A stretch of 64,000 nucleotides of DNA from Mobula birostris (lineage: Eukaryota): NCBI RefSeq assembly GCF_030028105.1, contig NC_092379.1, positions 9,880,272-9,944,271 on the forward strand, in the 5' to 3' direction. This document shows positions 51,552 to 64,000 of the stretch, in pieces. The number at the start of each line of letters is the position of its first letter. Positions within the stretch are counted from its first letter, which is position 1. The translations under genes were made by a program, and so were the position numbers. Under the pieces are notes generated by a model. That model was not told where the DNA came from. It searched no databases and saw only the letters and a program-made list of their open reading frames with translations.

Positions 51552-51720
51552 CCCGGGCCGTGTCGTTGCTGCGTCTCCGCCGACAAACTTTCCGCTCGGT
51601 GCGCCGCTTCTCACTGAACAAATCGCAGTGCCAGCGCTCCCGCAGGATGCCCCCTCGGTCCTATTGCCCGCTGGTTCCTACGGCTGCTGCTTGGACCTGC
51701 TGAGCGCCTGAAGTCAGACC
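51552..51720 (-). promoter_or_regulatory. TMEM91: Probable TMEM91 non-coding first exon / CpG-rich promoter
   Basis: Small CpG-rich island ending in a strong donor GGG|GTAAGT with no ATG. 5' boundary approximate. Confidence 0.65.
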
Positions 51721-54700
51721 CTTCCTGGCCACGGGCTCCCTCAGACTCCAAATTATCTTCACTCTCACTGAAAGTGGCGTCACAGGTAGGTAGGGTCTTA
51801 AAGAGAGCGTCTGGTGCATTGGTCCTCATAAATCAAAGTAGTGAGTGCAGGATGTTATGTTGAAATTGTTTAACACATTGGTGAGGCCTCATTTTGAGTA
51901 TTATGTGCAGTTCTGGTCACCTACCTGCAGAAAAATGTAAATAAGGTTAAAGGACCACAGGGAAAATTTACAAGGATGTTGCTGGGTCTGGAAAATCTGA
52001 GTTATAAGGAAAGATTGAATGGGTTAGGACATTAGTCCTTGGAACATAGAAGATTGAGGGGAGATTTGATAGAGGTATATGAAATTATGAGGGGTATAGA
52101 TAGGGTAAATGCAAGCAGGCTTTTTCCCATTGAAGTTGGGTGGAACTACAACTAGAGGCCATGGGTTAAGGTTGAAAGGTGAAAAGTTTAAGGGGAACGC
52201 AAGGGGAGACTTCTTCACTCAGAGGGTGGTGAGAGCGTGGAACGAGCTGCCAGCTCAAGTGGTGCATGTGAGCTCGATTTCAACGTTTAAGAGGTTTGGA
52301 TAGGTACATGGGTGGTAGGGACACGGAGAGTTGTGGTCCTGGTGCCGGTCGTTGGGAGTAGGCAGTTTAAAAAGTTGCAGCATGGACTAGATGGGCCAAA
52401 GGGCCTGTTTCTGGGCTCTACTTTTCTATGACTCTATGATCACCACTCATCCTTTTTTCCCACCCTCCTCATCCTCTTCACTTTCTTTCTCCCTGATCAC
52501 CTTCCCTCCCTTCCCAACCTTCCCTCCTTACCCTTCCTTCTGGTTCTCACATTCCACTCAATACCCTCCCACCTCTTATCAGCTTCACTCCTGATCCTCC
52601 TTTCCTCTCCTTTCATATCCTCCCTCCCCTTCCCCCACCCGCTTACTTTCTTCCAGCTCCTCAACCTTCCCTGTCCCGTCACCACCTCTCTCATCAGCCT
52701 GGTGTCATGGAGTGAGTTTGATGGCTGTTGGTAACCCCCCCCCCCCCCCGACCTGCTGCTGTCTGTGGTTTGGTGTGCAGCAAGGAGATGGAAGATTGTG
52801 CTTTCTCTTCCCCCCAGTGGCTTGGTTCGGAAAGCTATACTGCCATGCCAGTGTAGTGCAGAGTGAATGCAGTACTGTTGGAGGTTCCAACTTTCAGGTG
52901 AGAGGTGAAGCCAAGTCTACATCTGTCCAAAGGTATCATTTTGAACAAGAGTAACAGATATCTCCCTGGCATCCTGGTCAATATTAATCTCTTGATCAGC
53001 ATCACATTGTCTGGTTGCTATCCCATTGCAGTCTGTGGGAGCTTGCTGGGCACAATTTAGCGACCACCTGCTCTCCTGTACCTAATAAAGTGGCCACTGA
53101 GTGTGCGTCTGTGGTCTTCTGGCGTAGCCCATCCACCTCAAAGTTCAGCGTGTTGTGTGTTCAGAGACGCTCTTCTGCACACTACTGTTATAAAGTGTGA
53201 CTATTTGAGTTACTGTCACCTTCCTGTCAGCTTTAATCAGTCTGGACATTCTCCTCTACCCTCTCTCCTTAACAAGGCACTTTCACCATACTGCTACTCA
53301 CTCAACATAAGAAAATCTGCAGATGCTGGACATCCAAGCAACACACACACACACACACACACAAAATGCAGGAGGATCCCAGCAGGCCAGGCAGCATCTA
53401 TGGAAAAGAGTAAACAGTTAATGTTTCGGACAGAGACCACTTCATCAGGACTCTTCCTACAGACACTGGCTGGCCTGCTGAGTCCCTCCAGCATTTTGTA
53501 TGTGTTGCCACTCACTGGATTCTCATTGCATCATTCTCTGTAAGCTCTAGAGGCGATTCTGCTTGAATATCACTAGAGGTCAGCAGTTTCTGAGATACTC
53601 AAACCTCCCCATCTGACACCAACAATCATTCTATGGTCAGAGTCACTCCTTTCCAATTCTGATATTTAGGCTGAACAACAACTGAACCTCTTGACCGTGT
53701 CAGTGTGCTTTTACTGCATGCATTGAGTATCTGCCATATGATTGGCTGGTAGATGATAGATAGCTAGATAGATAGATATACTTTATTGATCCCAAGGGAA
53801 ATTCGGTTTCGTTAACAAGATGTTTGCATTAACAAGGTGTACCCAAAAAAAAGTGGCTACTGACTGACTCTCTGCTTTTTAGACAGCTGGGCCTGAGTGT
53901 TAGGAGTCAACCAGGCACATCAAAGATAGGAGAAAGGTCTTTGCTTCAAACTGGGGGCAAGAAGGGGAGAGTAAAGAGAAGACTTGCATTTCTATAACAA
54001 CTTCCACATCCTCTGGAAATCCAACTGTCATTAATTTCAGAGGAGGAATGGCTACAGCAATGCAGGAAAATATACTTCAACTGTACTTTTTTTCCATAGA
54101 TGCTACCTGACCTGCTGAGTTCCTCCAGCATTTTGTGTGTGTTGCTCGGATTTCCAGTATCTGCAGACTCTTTCTTGTTTGTGCAATGCAGGAAATGATG
54201 CAAAAGAACCCACAAATAGCAACACATGGGGGATGAATCTGGGAAGGGCCTGTGCCCTGTGCCCTTCGCCCTTCTTAGAAGGACCACCTTGAGATATCCA
54301 AGGTCCACCTGAGAAGTCAGCCGGCCCTTATCCCTGACCAGCACACAGGACCATAATCACGTTAGTGCTGAAGCCACCAAGCAAGAAAGTCTGCTCTTGG
54401 ATGTGCTCTAGGCACTCATTTCTATGTGCTATATCCCATTATGGGAGGTATAACATGCTGTAAACTCCTGCGACACCGGTTCAGTTCCCACCCTGGCACT
54501 GTGTGTGAGACCCTGACCACAACATTGAACCATAACTGCGTTAAAGTCGCAGCCACCAAACAACAAAACCTTATGGATTTTTGTTTATTTTATTGAGACA
54601 CACCACCCAACAAACCCCTGTTTAATCTAATCATGGGACAATTTATAATTAACCTACAAACTGATAGGTCATAGGACTACAGGAGGAAACCAGAGCACCT

Positions 54701-55069
54701 GGAGGAAACCCACCCAGTCACAGGGAGAACGTACAAACTCCTTACAGGCAGTAGCAAGAATTGAACCTGGGTCGCCTGTACTGTAAGGCGTGCTGACCAC
54801 TGCCGTGCCACACTCAGCTCTGTGCACCTTGTCCCGCTGTGATGCTAGTTCAGTTTTCGCCCTCAACACTCTCTGTGTTGGGTATGCATGCTCTCTCCTG
54901 TGGCCCTTCATGGATTGGCTGAGTTGCAAACAGCTAAATTACCTCCTTCAAACCAAATGCAAGATTTGATGGAGAAAAGGTGCTGTGGTATCCTGCACAA
55001 AGTAATGACCTAAATTTGAAGATTACAAGCATATCACAATCATTGTTACTCAAGATTCCTTAAGGTTGT

Positions 55070-55598
55070 TATGCAGGGTGGTAATAGGGGCAAGCTCCCA
55101 CTACCTATTGAATGCCCCCAATGGCATGCACCTCAAATAGCCTCTGATAACCAAGTTCAGCTGCCGGCCTTCACATGTGGCTTAGCTACTAAGCCCGGTG
55201 GAACCATTTCTACTGACAGTAGAAGGAGAAAAGGGAGGCTACTGGTGCCTTAAAACCTGTCGCCGGGCGGATGGGGCTCGTCAGCCATGGTTGGCAGCTC
55301 ATCTAGGAGAAGGAAAACTCTGATCTCAAACCTTTGCTGCCTTGCGGCCATACCCACGCATGGGGAAGGGCTCAGGAGAAACTCCGAGGGAAAATTCCAG
55401 AGCAGGAGTCCCTGAGGAAGTTCTATGTTGAGTTGAATGCTGACTGGCAACTCCTGTGACACTGCCGGTGCCAAACTGTATCAGTCCCTGCAGTTCCTTT
55501 GGCTTTATCAGATGTGTGGAGAGGGGGAGCTTGCTACATGGGCAACAGCTTGCTCTCCATATCATACTGCCCAAGTTTGCATATCTAGACAGCTAGGA
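55070..55598 (+). mobile_element. Probable RTE/Vingi-like LINE 5' UTR-derived repeat
   Basis: CATCTAGGAGAAGGAAAACTCTGA motif recalled from RTE/Vingi-type 5' regions. Its 3' part is similar to the body of the SINE at 20571. Confidence 0.45.
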
Positions 55599-56840
55599 TG
55601 TATCCTGATGAAGGGTCTCAACCTATAATACCAGTTGTACACTGGAGGAACTCAGCAGGCCAGGTAGCATCTGTGGAAAAAAGTAAAATCAACGTTTTGG
55701 GCCAAAATCCTTCGGCCGGTGTGCGTCTCAGTAGGATGCACCAAGCATGGTCGACTCTGAATGATGGAGGACTCACTGTTCCTAATAGCAGAAAGGAGGG
55801 ATCTCGGGGGGGGGGGGGTGTGCTCTCCAATTAAACAGAGAAGTTCTGCTGTCCTCTCCCCCTCTTCCCTGTATCTTTTTCCCCAGAAAATTCAGAGCCA
55901 GATCTGCAAAAAGAGGAATAATTATATAAAGCCTATGTAGGACATTTTCTGTGTGTCTCTTATTAGTTCATGATTCGCAGGCGCAGTGGAGATTACCAGC
56001 ATCTCTGCTTTCCAAAAATAACTCAAACAGATCAACCTCCTCTCCATTTATAGAGTCACATTCCCACTTGGGCTGGTTCAGCCCACGCAGAGTCAAAGGC
56101 AACATATCCATTCGGATTCATCCTGGTAATAGATTTCATGCTTCTCAGCTTTATGTAAATCCCTGATGGCGGGCAGGTTACGTACACCGTCCCTCTGCGC
56201 TGTCGTGTCGCATTCTCCTGGAAGGACAGCACCGTCCAGCTGACAGTCCCGGGGACCTGACTCTGATTCCAAGGCCGTGTGCATTGTAAGATAAACTCCA
56301 AGCCTCGTCTCACCTCACTCAGAGAATATAGAACAGTACAGCATAGCAACAGGCATTTTGGTCCACTATATTGTGCGAAAGTAATTAAATGCCTGACTAA
56401 ACTAATACTTTCTGCCAATACTCCATTCACATGCCTGTCCAACAGCCTTTTAACTGCCTCTATTGTACCTCCCTCTACTGCCTCCACCCTTGGCAGTGCT
56501 TTCCAGGTAACCACCTCTCTCTGTGTACAAAGACTTGCCCCACACATCTGCTTGGAACTTACCCCATTTCACCTTAAATGCATTCCCTCCTATATTATGT
56601 TTTGACCCAGGGAGAAAGACGTCAGCTGAGTAGCATATCTGTGCATCATATGTTCCAATAAACTTCTGTCGAGTCTCCCCTGCTCCAGGGAGTTCAGCCT
56701 AAGTTTGACCACCCTCTTCTTACAGTACGCACCCTTTAGTCCAGGCAGTGTCCCTCTGTACCATCTCCAAAGCTTCCACGTTCTACTTGTAATGAGGCGG
56801 CCAGAATTGAATGTGACCTTGAAGGTTAGCTGAATTTGTA

Positions 56841-57549
56841 AACACAAAATAATCTGCAGATGCTGTGATCAAAGCTGCACTTTCAGTACGCTGGATGAAC
56901 TCAGCAGGTCGGGCAACATCAGTTAGAAACGATGATTCGACATCTTGGGCTAGAACACATTGCATCCGGTGCTCCCGGTGCAGCCTCCTCTACATCGGTG
57001 AAACCCGACGCAGATTGGGGGACCGCTTCATCGAGCACCTCCGCTCCATCCGCCAAAACAGACAGGATCTCCCGGTAGCCACTCACTTCAACTCTGCTTC
57101 CCACTCCCATTCAGATATGTCCATACATGGCCTCCTCTACTGCCATGATGAGGCTAAACTCAGGTTGGAGGAGCAACACCTCCTATACTGTCTAGTAGTC
57201 TCCAACCCCTTGGTATGAACAGAGAATTCTCCAACTTCCGGTAATTCTCTCCCTCTCCCTTTCTCTATCCCTATTTCATTCTACCCCCTCCCCCAGCTCC
57301 CTCATGGTTCCGCCTCCTTCTTCTACCACCCATTGTTTTCAGGGCTATGACGTCAATGCTTCCCCTCCCCCACCCCTTTGTCTTTCAAATTACTGGTCTT
57401 CCAACTGAAGCTACAAGCATTCTTCAAATCCTTCCCCCTCTTTCATTCTTCAGTCCTGACGAAGGGTTCCGGCCGGAAACGTCGACTCATCGTTTCTAAC
57501 TGATGCTGCCCGACCTGCTGAGTTCACCCAGCGTACTGAAAGTATAGCT
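56841..57549 (+). mobile_element. 5'-truncated Penelope-like element: inverted pseudo-LTR, GIY-YIG endonuclease remnant, 3' pseudo-LTR
   Basis: CIRCSRCSLLYIGETRRRLGDRFIEHLRSI...VATHFN. Inverted repeat 56873-56945 vs 57475-57549. Confidence 0.9.
57452..57487 (+). ncRNA. Minimal type I hammerhead ribozyme motif (Penelope-associated)
   Basis: AGUC-CUGACGA-A-GGGUUCCGGCCG-GAAAC-GUC-GACU: stem I AGUC/GACU, intact core, palindromic ACGU, GUC triplet. One G-G mismatch closes stem II. Confidence 0.75.
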
Positions 57550-57859
57550 GTATTTGTTACATGTACATTGAAGCATTGGAGGCTGCAGTGAAATGCGTTG
57601 TTTTGGGTCAACAGACAACACAGCCTGAGGACTGGGCTGGGTGGGGTGATGGCCAGCCTGCACGTGTCGCCACAATTCAAGTGGCAAAATAGCATGCCCA
57701 CAACTCATTAACCCTAACTGTTCGTCTTTGGGGATGTGGGAAAAAACCAGAGCACCCAGAGGAAACCCACATGGTCATGGGGCGAACATACAAACCCCTT
57801 ACAGACAACAGCGGGACCCCATAAGATCATAAGACATACAGTTACAACCTATATACACG

Positions 57860-58320
57860 GTTTACCACAGGTTCTGCCCCGGCCCTCACAGTCTCCTGAC
57901 CTAAACATCATCGAGAATCCGTGGATAGACCTCAAAAGAGCAGTGCATGCAAGACGGCCCAAGAATCTCACAGAACTAGAAGCCTTTTGCAAGGAAGAAT
58001 GGGCGAAAATCCCCCAAACAAGAATTGAAAGACTCTTAGCTGGCTACAAAAAGCGTTTACAAGCTGTGATACTTGCCAAAGGGGGTGTTACTAAGTACTG
58101 CCATGCAGGGTGCCCAAACTTTTGCATCGGGCCCTTTTCCTTTTTTATTAAGTTGAAACTGTAAAAGATGGAAATAAAAAAGTTTTCTTGCTTAAAGTAT
58201 TAAAGAAATGTGTCATCTTTAATTTTATGCCTTTTGGAAATCAGTTCATCTTTTACTCGCTTAGCTATTCACAGTAACAGAAATTTTGACCAGGGGTGCC
58301 CAAACTTTTGCATGCCACTG
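57860..58320 (+). mobile_element. Tc1 transposase C-terminus and right IR/DR terminus
   Basis: PSQSPDLNIIENPW..LKRAV...KGGVTKY. Repeated GGGTGCCCAAACTTTTGCAT. Ends CACTG-TA. Confidence 0.9.
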
Positions 58321-58865
58321 TAGAAGCAGAATTAGGCCATTCAGCCCATCGAGTCTGCTCCGCAATTCCTTCATGGCTAATGCTAGATCCCACTCAACCC
58401 CATACATCTGCCTCCTCACCATAACCTTCGATGCTCTGACCAATCAGGAAACTATCAATTTTCGCTTTAAATATACCCATGGTCTTGGCCCCCACAGTTG
58501 TCTGCGGCAGAAAATTCCACAGGTTCACTACTCTCTGACTAAAAAAAGTCCTCCTTAACTCTATTCTAAAGGGTCACCCCTCAATTTTCAGTGTGTGCTC
58601 TCTAATTCTGGATGCCCCCACCAAAGGAAACATCCTCTCCACATCCACCTTATCTAGTTCGTTCAACGTTCGGTAGGTTTCAGTGAGACTCCTCCACCCC
58701 CCCACCCCCCCCTGCCGCTACGCATTCTTTAAATTCCAGTGAGTACAGGCCCAAAGCTGCCAGACATTCCTCAGATGTTAATCCCATCATTCCCGGAATC
58801 ATCCTCATGAACCTCCTCTGGACTCTCTCCAATGACAACACATCCTTTCCGAGATAAGGGGCCAT

Positions 58866-60242
58866 GAATCGAATCGAATCGAATTGACTTCATTACTTAC
58901 ATCCTTCATAATGTGCAATTTATAGTAATTTATAATAAATATTATGTACAACAGGATAGTCAAGTGTAGCCCCCTGGCCACCCTCAGGGTCGCTCGGCTC
59001 GCTGTCGTCTAGGGAAACAGCCTCGGCCCTGCCAAACTGAATAATTCATTTGTGTGGATGCTGTGTGAGGTACCCCACCCCGCCCAAATAACAGACAATA
59101 CACCAGATGCAATTAAATGATTTACAGTTTATAGATATTACTGGAACTATATAATTAAAAGAGAATAAAATATAAAAGGAAAATAAAAGGCCCCACACTT
59201 ATCAAAGTTCAATCTCTTCGTGCACAAAAACCGTTGGAGCTCAAGGACCTTCTTCTTCACCCTGCGACCCCTCGGACCACCTCGACCGGCCGCCTGGGAC
59301 CAACAATGGTGGTCGACCAGACGCTCCACAGGAGTCTGTCTCCGTCTCCTTGCCGAACGCCCTCCTCAGGGTCCGACCCCGTTAGCGGACATCACAGCAC
59401 CTCGTCCATCCTCTGTCTCGCTCTCCCGCCTTCTGCCCCAAAACCCCACGCATATAGTATCTTCAAATACACCAAATCCATAACAACTATCCCAATTGGT
59501 TAATAACGTATTTCTTATCACCCTCTAAACCACAATAAACTGCTAGCTCAAACTTTCTCAGCGTTTAACACAACAAAGCCGCATTCCTCAGATTAACATA
59601 ACAAAGACGCCATTTTAATTAGCATCCGCAGTAACATAAAAATCGAAACCCCCTTACACAAGATAACATAGAAATACACTTGCATCAGCATGAATTAATC
59701 AGTCTGATGGCCTGGTGGAAGAAGCTGTCCCAGAGCCTGTTGGTCCTGGCTTTTTTGCTGCGGTACTGTTTCCCGGATGGTAGCAGCTGGAAGAGTTTGT
59801 GGTCGGGGTGACTCGGGTACCCAAACATCCTTCAGGCCCTTTTTACATTCCTGTCTTTGTAAATGTCCTGAATAGTGGGAAGTTCACATCTACAGATGCG
59901 CTGGGCTGTCCGCACCACTCTCTGCAGAGTCCTGTGATTGAGGGAGGTACAGTTCCCATACCAGGCAGTGATGCAGCCAGTCAGGATGCTCTCAGTTGTG
60001 CCCCTGTAGAAAGTCCTTCGGCTTTGGGGACTCATGCCAAACTTCTTCAACTGTCTGAGGTGAAAGAGATGCTGTTGTGCCTTTTTCACCACACAGCTGG
60101 TATGTACAGACCATATGAGATCCTCGCTGATGTTTATTCTTAAAGCTGTACACCCTTTCAACCCCAGATCCATTGATGTCAATAGTGGCTAGCCTGTCTC
60201 CTTTCCCCCTGTAGTCCACAACCATCTCCTTTGTTTTTGCAA
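58866..60242 (-). mobile_element. Rex1/Babar-like LINE 3' part hosting a solo LTR
   Basis: KKAQQHLFHLRQLKKF..ESILTGCITAWYGNC and a (GATTC)n tail. Confidence 0.85.
58965..59658. mobile_element. Solo LTR (family A, second copy)
   Basis: TGTA...TACA termini and 4-bp TSD CAAG. Confidence 0.9.
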
Positions 60243-61381
60243 CCATGATCAAAGTATGATCAACAACCACTGGCACAGTAAAGCGATTGCATTAACCACT
60301 ACCTACCACACGGTTATATAAAGCTGCAACATAACTTCCTGACTCTTGAGCTGAACGCCTTGACTAATAAAGCCAAGCATGCCATACACCTTCTTTATCG
60401 CCCTATCGAACTCTGCAACCATGGAGCTAAATCCTGCTGTTAATCACATTGCTAAGCGTCCTGCCATTAAATGTGTACTGTCACTAGAGTGCTGGAGCGG
60501 CTTAGCACTGGTGTCCAGACCTAGGACATTCTGGAGAAAGCCCAGCCTTAACCTTACTGAAAAGGCTGAGTACTCACCTTGGGACCTTGGACGATACTCG
60601 GAAAAGCTCAGCTCTTGTTTTGGAATCCCAGGCTTCACTGGAGAGGGATCTGTCTTTGTCTTGGGGCCTGGGCCATCCTGAAGGAGGTCTAACACACACC
60701 TTGGGCCTCACTAGAGAAGGCCTTTCCTTTACTTCAGTTCTCACTGGAAAGAGTACCTTCTGACTTTGGACTGCCAACAGGTTCTCAGTGCTCAATCCTG
60801 GGATCTTGGAGCTTGCTTGGGTGTAAGAGCCAGCACTCACCCCTGGACCTCACACAACAATCATCTCAGCAACCCATCGTGATAGCTGCCCCAGTGGAGG
60901 AGGAGCTTTTGTTGGTCTGAAGAAGTGGGAGGAGGAATGGGGTGTGTCCATCTCTGGATCCTGAGGAGGGTGGTGGCTGGCTACAGGGTCCCTTAACAGA
61001 GTACAGGTGATCGATAACAGGTGGAAAGTGCCATTTCCATCCTTGTGGCTGGTGAATTCACTCCCGCCTTCACTGGGTGTGAAAGGTTTGAGGTTTTCTC
61101 TAGTGCCTCGGACGTTATTGGGGCTTGAACAGCTGGATTGGGCATGGCTCAGACCCCCATGAAAACTCCATTGTCGCAGAGGGTGGGGTCTTCCTGCAGT
61201 TATGAATCATCCGCGGCTCTGCCCTTTCTGTGGCACCCTACTCTTTTGACAGCTGATGCAAAACGTGGGATTTAGATTTATTTCATCAGTTCGGGGCAAA
61301 TCAAAGTACAAAGTCGGGGGGGAGTTGGGGAGGGGGGTCCCTTTCCCTCCTTGAGGTTAGATAGGAGGTCTCAGATCCATA

Positions 61382-61802
61382 CAGTACTGTGCAAAAGTCT
61401 TAGGCATCATAGATTTTTATATGGTTTCAGATAGTATCACCTCCACAGAGCCCCGATCTCAACATCATCAAGGTTGTCTGGGAATACCTGGAGAGAAAAA
61501 AGCAAGCAAGACATCCAAAGCCTGCAGAAGAACTGTGACAAGTTCTCCAAGATGCTTGGAACAACCTACCAGCCGATTTTCTTATAAAACTGCAGGACGG
61601 TGTACCTTAGAGAATTGATGTAGTTTTAAAGGCAAAGGGAGGTCATGCCAAATATTGATTTGATGTAATTTCTTTTTTATTGCTTAATGCTCTTTATGGT
61701 ACTTTTTCTTCAATTTAGAAACTTCTCAAATCAGCATTTTGAAAGCACCTTCGGCTTACAGATTTTCTTTTTACATGTGCCTGAGACTTTTGAGCAGTAC
61801 TG
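61382..61802. mobile_element. Tc1-derived MITE
   Basis: TIR CAGTACTGTGCAAAAGTCTTAGGCA / TGCCTGAGACTTTTGAGCAGTACTG, TA TSD, internal SPDLNI remnant. Confidence 0.88.
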
Positions 61803-62538
61803 TACCTTTTGTTAAGAGTAAGAAAAAGTCATCAAATATTGACCACCTTGAGAGAGAGGCCATTCCTGACTAAATGGGGACATCAAGGTTCACACATTGT
61901 AGTGGCTGGACAAAGAGAAGGGTGGATTTGAGGGGTCCAAGGAAAGCATGTGATGTGGCAGGTCCAGATTCTGCACCATTTGGACTTTGATTCCTCCCTT
62001 TCCTACTCGATGGAAAAAAGGTGGTGACTTGATAAACAGCTTGTGATGTGAACGTTCTAAGAAGCTTCTACAAACATACTGCTGAAAGTATCCTGACAGG
62101 TTGCATCATTCTACGAATCAACAATTCAAACGTGCACGAAATTAAGAAGGTGCAAAGAGTCATCGCCTCTGTCCAATACACATGGCACTTCCCTCCCTAC
62201 CAATAGCAGTATCTACAGCAGGCACTGCCTCAGGAAGGCTACATCTATTATCAAAGATACACAGCATACGGGCCATGCCATCTTATCTCAGCTACCATCA
62301 GGCAGGAGATGGAGCGGTCTGAGAACCCACACCACCGGGTTCAAGGACATCAACTTCCCTTCAACCATCCAGTCCTTGAACCAACCTGCACAATCCTAAT
62401 CACAGCAGCTGAGTAACACAAAGACTACTTCACACTAAAATGGACTTGTGATTTAATTTTTGTTTTAATTGTGTTCCTTCTTGTAAACATTGTGTATGAT
62501 TTCTGCTTAATTTATGCTTTTCATGTAAATGCTGCTCG

Positions 62539-63516
62539 TGTCACGAACCCCGTGACAGGAATAAAGAACCAGCAGAAACAGAAAACAATTTTGAGACCTG
62601 TATTGCTATTAACTAGTAATATTTGTTAGTAACTACACAATACAATAATATAAATGTAGATAAATCAAACAGGTCAGCAATGATTATATATAGAAGTAAG
62701 TATTTCAGTAAGTGTGGAAATATATGTATGAAAAACCAAGCTTCTTAAAGTCTAGGGATAAAAAGATACAGTCTTACGATGATGAGTAAAGTTCAGTTCA
62801 GTTCAGTTCGTGGTATTGAGTTGAGTAGTGATGGAGAGAGAAAGAGGGAGAGTTTTGAGTCTCCAGGTGAGCTGACGCCGTCGATCTCCTCATTGTCCTT
62901 TGAAATCCTTTAAAGGTCACTGACTGTGACTTTAACAAAGGGGACCGGTTTTCTGTGGTGGAGCTATCCCCCAGGCGAGGGTGGACACATGGACAACTCC
63001 CCACCAGTCAACCTCTTCCCTTTCCACTGCAAGAGTGACAGATCGATCCTCCAAAACCCACTGTTCCTGCGGGCACAACAATGATCATTCAGTGTCCAGA
63101 CGTGTGTCTGAGGTCTATCATCTGACCTCCTATTTTATCTTCCCGTGCTGAGCATCAACTGTCATTCAAATAACTCCTCCTTCCTCTCTCTGTGTAAGAA
63201 ATGCACAAGCAGGCGAGTGTCCTCGAGAAGTATCAACAACCTGTCGAAAATCATAACATCGAGTGTTCATCAAATAACACCCTCGGTTACCATAGCAACT
63301 AACGAGCTGCTTGATGCTGTCTCCAACTCGGCAGAAATCCAAAAGTTACTTCCAGTGCCTTAAAGTGACAGTCCAACAGTTAGTCTTCGTCTCTGTCTCT
63401 CTCTCTCTAATCAAAACAAGACATCGATGTTAAATAACTCTCTCTCTCTTTCCAAAAGCACAGTTAGTAGGGGTAAATGAGCACAGGTCATAGCGGTAAT
63501 TCAGGACCCCATCGCA
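62539..63516. mobile_element. Probable solo LTR (family B)
   Basis: TG...CA termini with flanks CTCG/CTTG (one mismatch). Interrupts a LINE 3' tail that resumes at 63517. Confidence 0.7.
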
Positions 63517-63575
63517 CTTGTATGATGGTATGTGCCTGTGATGCTGCTGCAGCTGAAGTTTTCATTGCACCTGTG

Positions 63576-64000
63576 TGTAACCCTCTCATATACAAACTTG
63601 GATTGTTAGCTAACTCTGGTAACAGCCTCTTGACTCAGTGGAGGGAAGGCCCCCTGTCATAAATAACACACGTCTAGGGTCAGTATGATTTGGAGTTCAA
63701 TCAAACAGAAAAATAGGATGTCCCAATTAAGGAACATCGATTGTAGCAAATACTGTCTAAATACTGTCCCGTACACAATTAACAGTCACCAAGAAATGAC
63801 AGATGGTACACCAGCATAAAATTATAAAGAAAATACTCTTTTACAAATTTTACCAACTTTTCAACTTTATCAACAGGAAAAGAAAACTAAAAGGGCCTAT
63901 TACACATGTGCACATAAACGTTGGAGCTTGTTTCTGAAGTAGTCGGGATACTTCACTTTGATTGCTAACGTGCTGAACCCCTTTTCAGCGTGGACACCAG
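63576..64000. mobile_element. LTR-like sequence related to family A, runs off the window
   Basis: TGTAAC start. Shares CGTCTAGGG, TACACCAG and GTGCACA...GTTGGAGCT blocks with family A. Confidence 0.55.

Noticed and set aside
49746-51614. Long His/Thr-, Cys/Val-, Pro- and Gly-rich ORFs
   Set aside because: Translations of CA-rich, GGAAGGGGG and G-rich low-complexity DNA with no splice or homology support.
60850-61206. ~118-codon stop-free minus frame with GGSEFTS and GQLSRW words, and a 120-nt candidate exon at 60841-60960
   Set aside because: The motif resemblance to integrase/RNase H is weak and in the wrong order. The candidate exon has stops in all three frames.
51720-64000. B9D2, expected head-to-head with TMEM91 from mammalian synteny
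   Set aside because: No B9D2-like exon was recognised on the plus strand. It may lie beyond the window, so no synteny break is claimed.

Overview
Vertebrate genomic DNA, most likely a cartilaginous fish (ray or shark, inferred from V-SINE/HE1-like, CR1, Rex1/Babar and Penelope repeat content). It carries the conserved BCKDHA-EXOSC5-TMEM91 block: BCKDHA coding exons 1-2 (minus) are head-to-head with a complete 6-exon EXOSC5 (plus, 220 aa, intron 3 is U12-type), followed by a convergent, complete TMEM91/SynDIG-family gene (minus, about 236 aa, plus a non-coding first exon). The rest is mostly nested transposon debris: CR1, Rex1/Babar, RTE, HERO, Penelope, Tc1, hAT-Buster, solo LTRs and SINEs. 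Best leads: (1) the BCKDHA/EXOSC5 bidirectional promoter contains a 30-bp minisatellite of 16 phased CCAAT (NF-Y) boxes interleaved with GC-box-like words; (2) about 11 Penelope-derived minimal hammerhead-ribozyme motifs, including a young ~200-230 bp palindromic non-autonomous element with target-site duplications; (3) the EXOSC5 minor intron ends in CAG-GAG-TAG, so any upstream 3' splice-site shift creates an in-frame stop; (4) possible unannotated minus-strand exons at 56.1 and 60.6 kb. Gene identities come from remembered homolog sequences and manual splice/phase checks. Repeat boundaries without stated TSDs are approximate.
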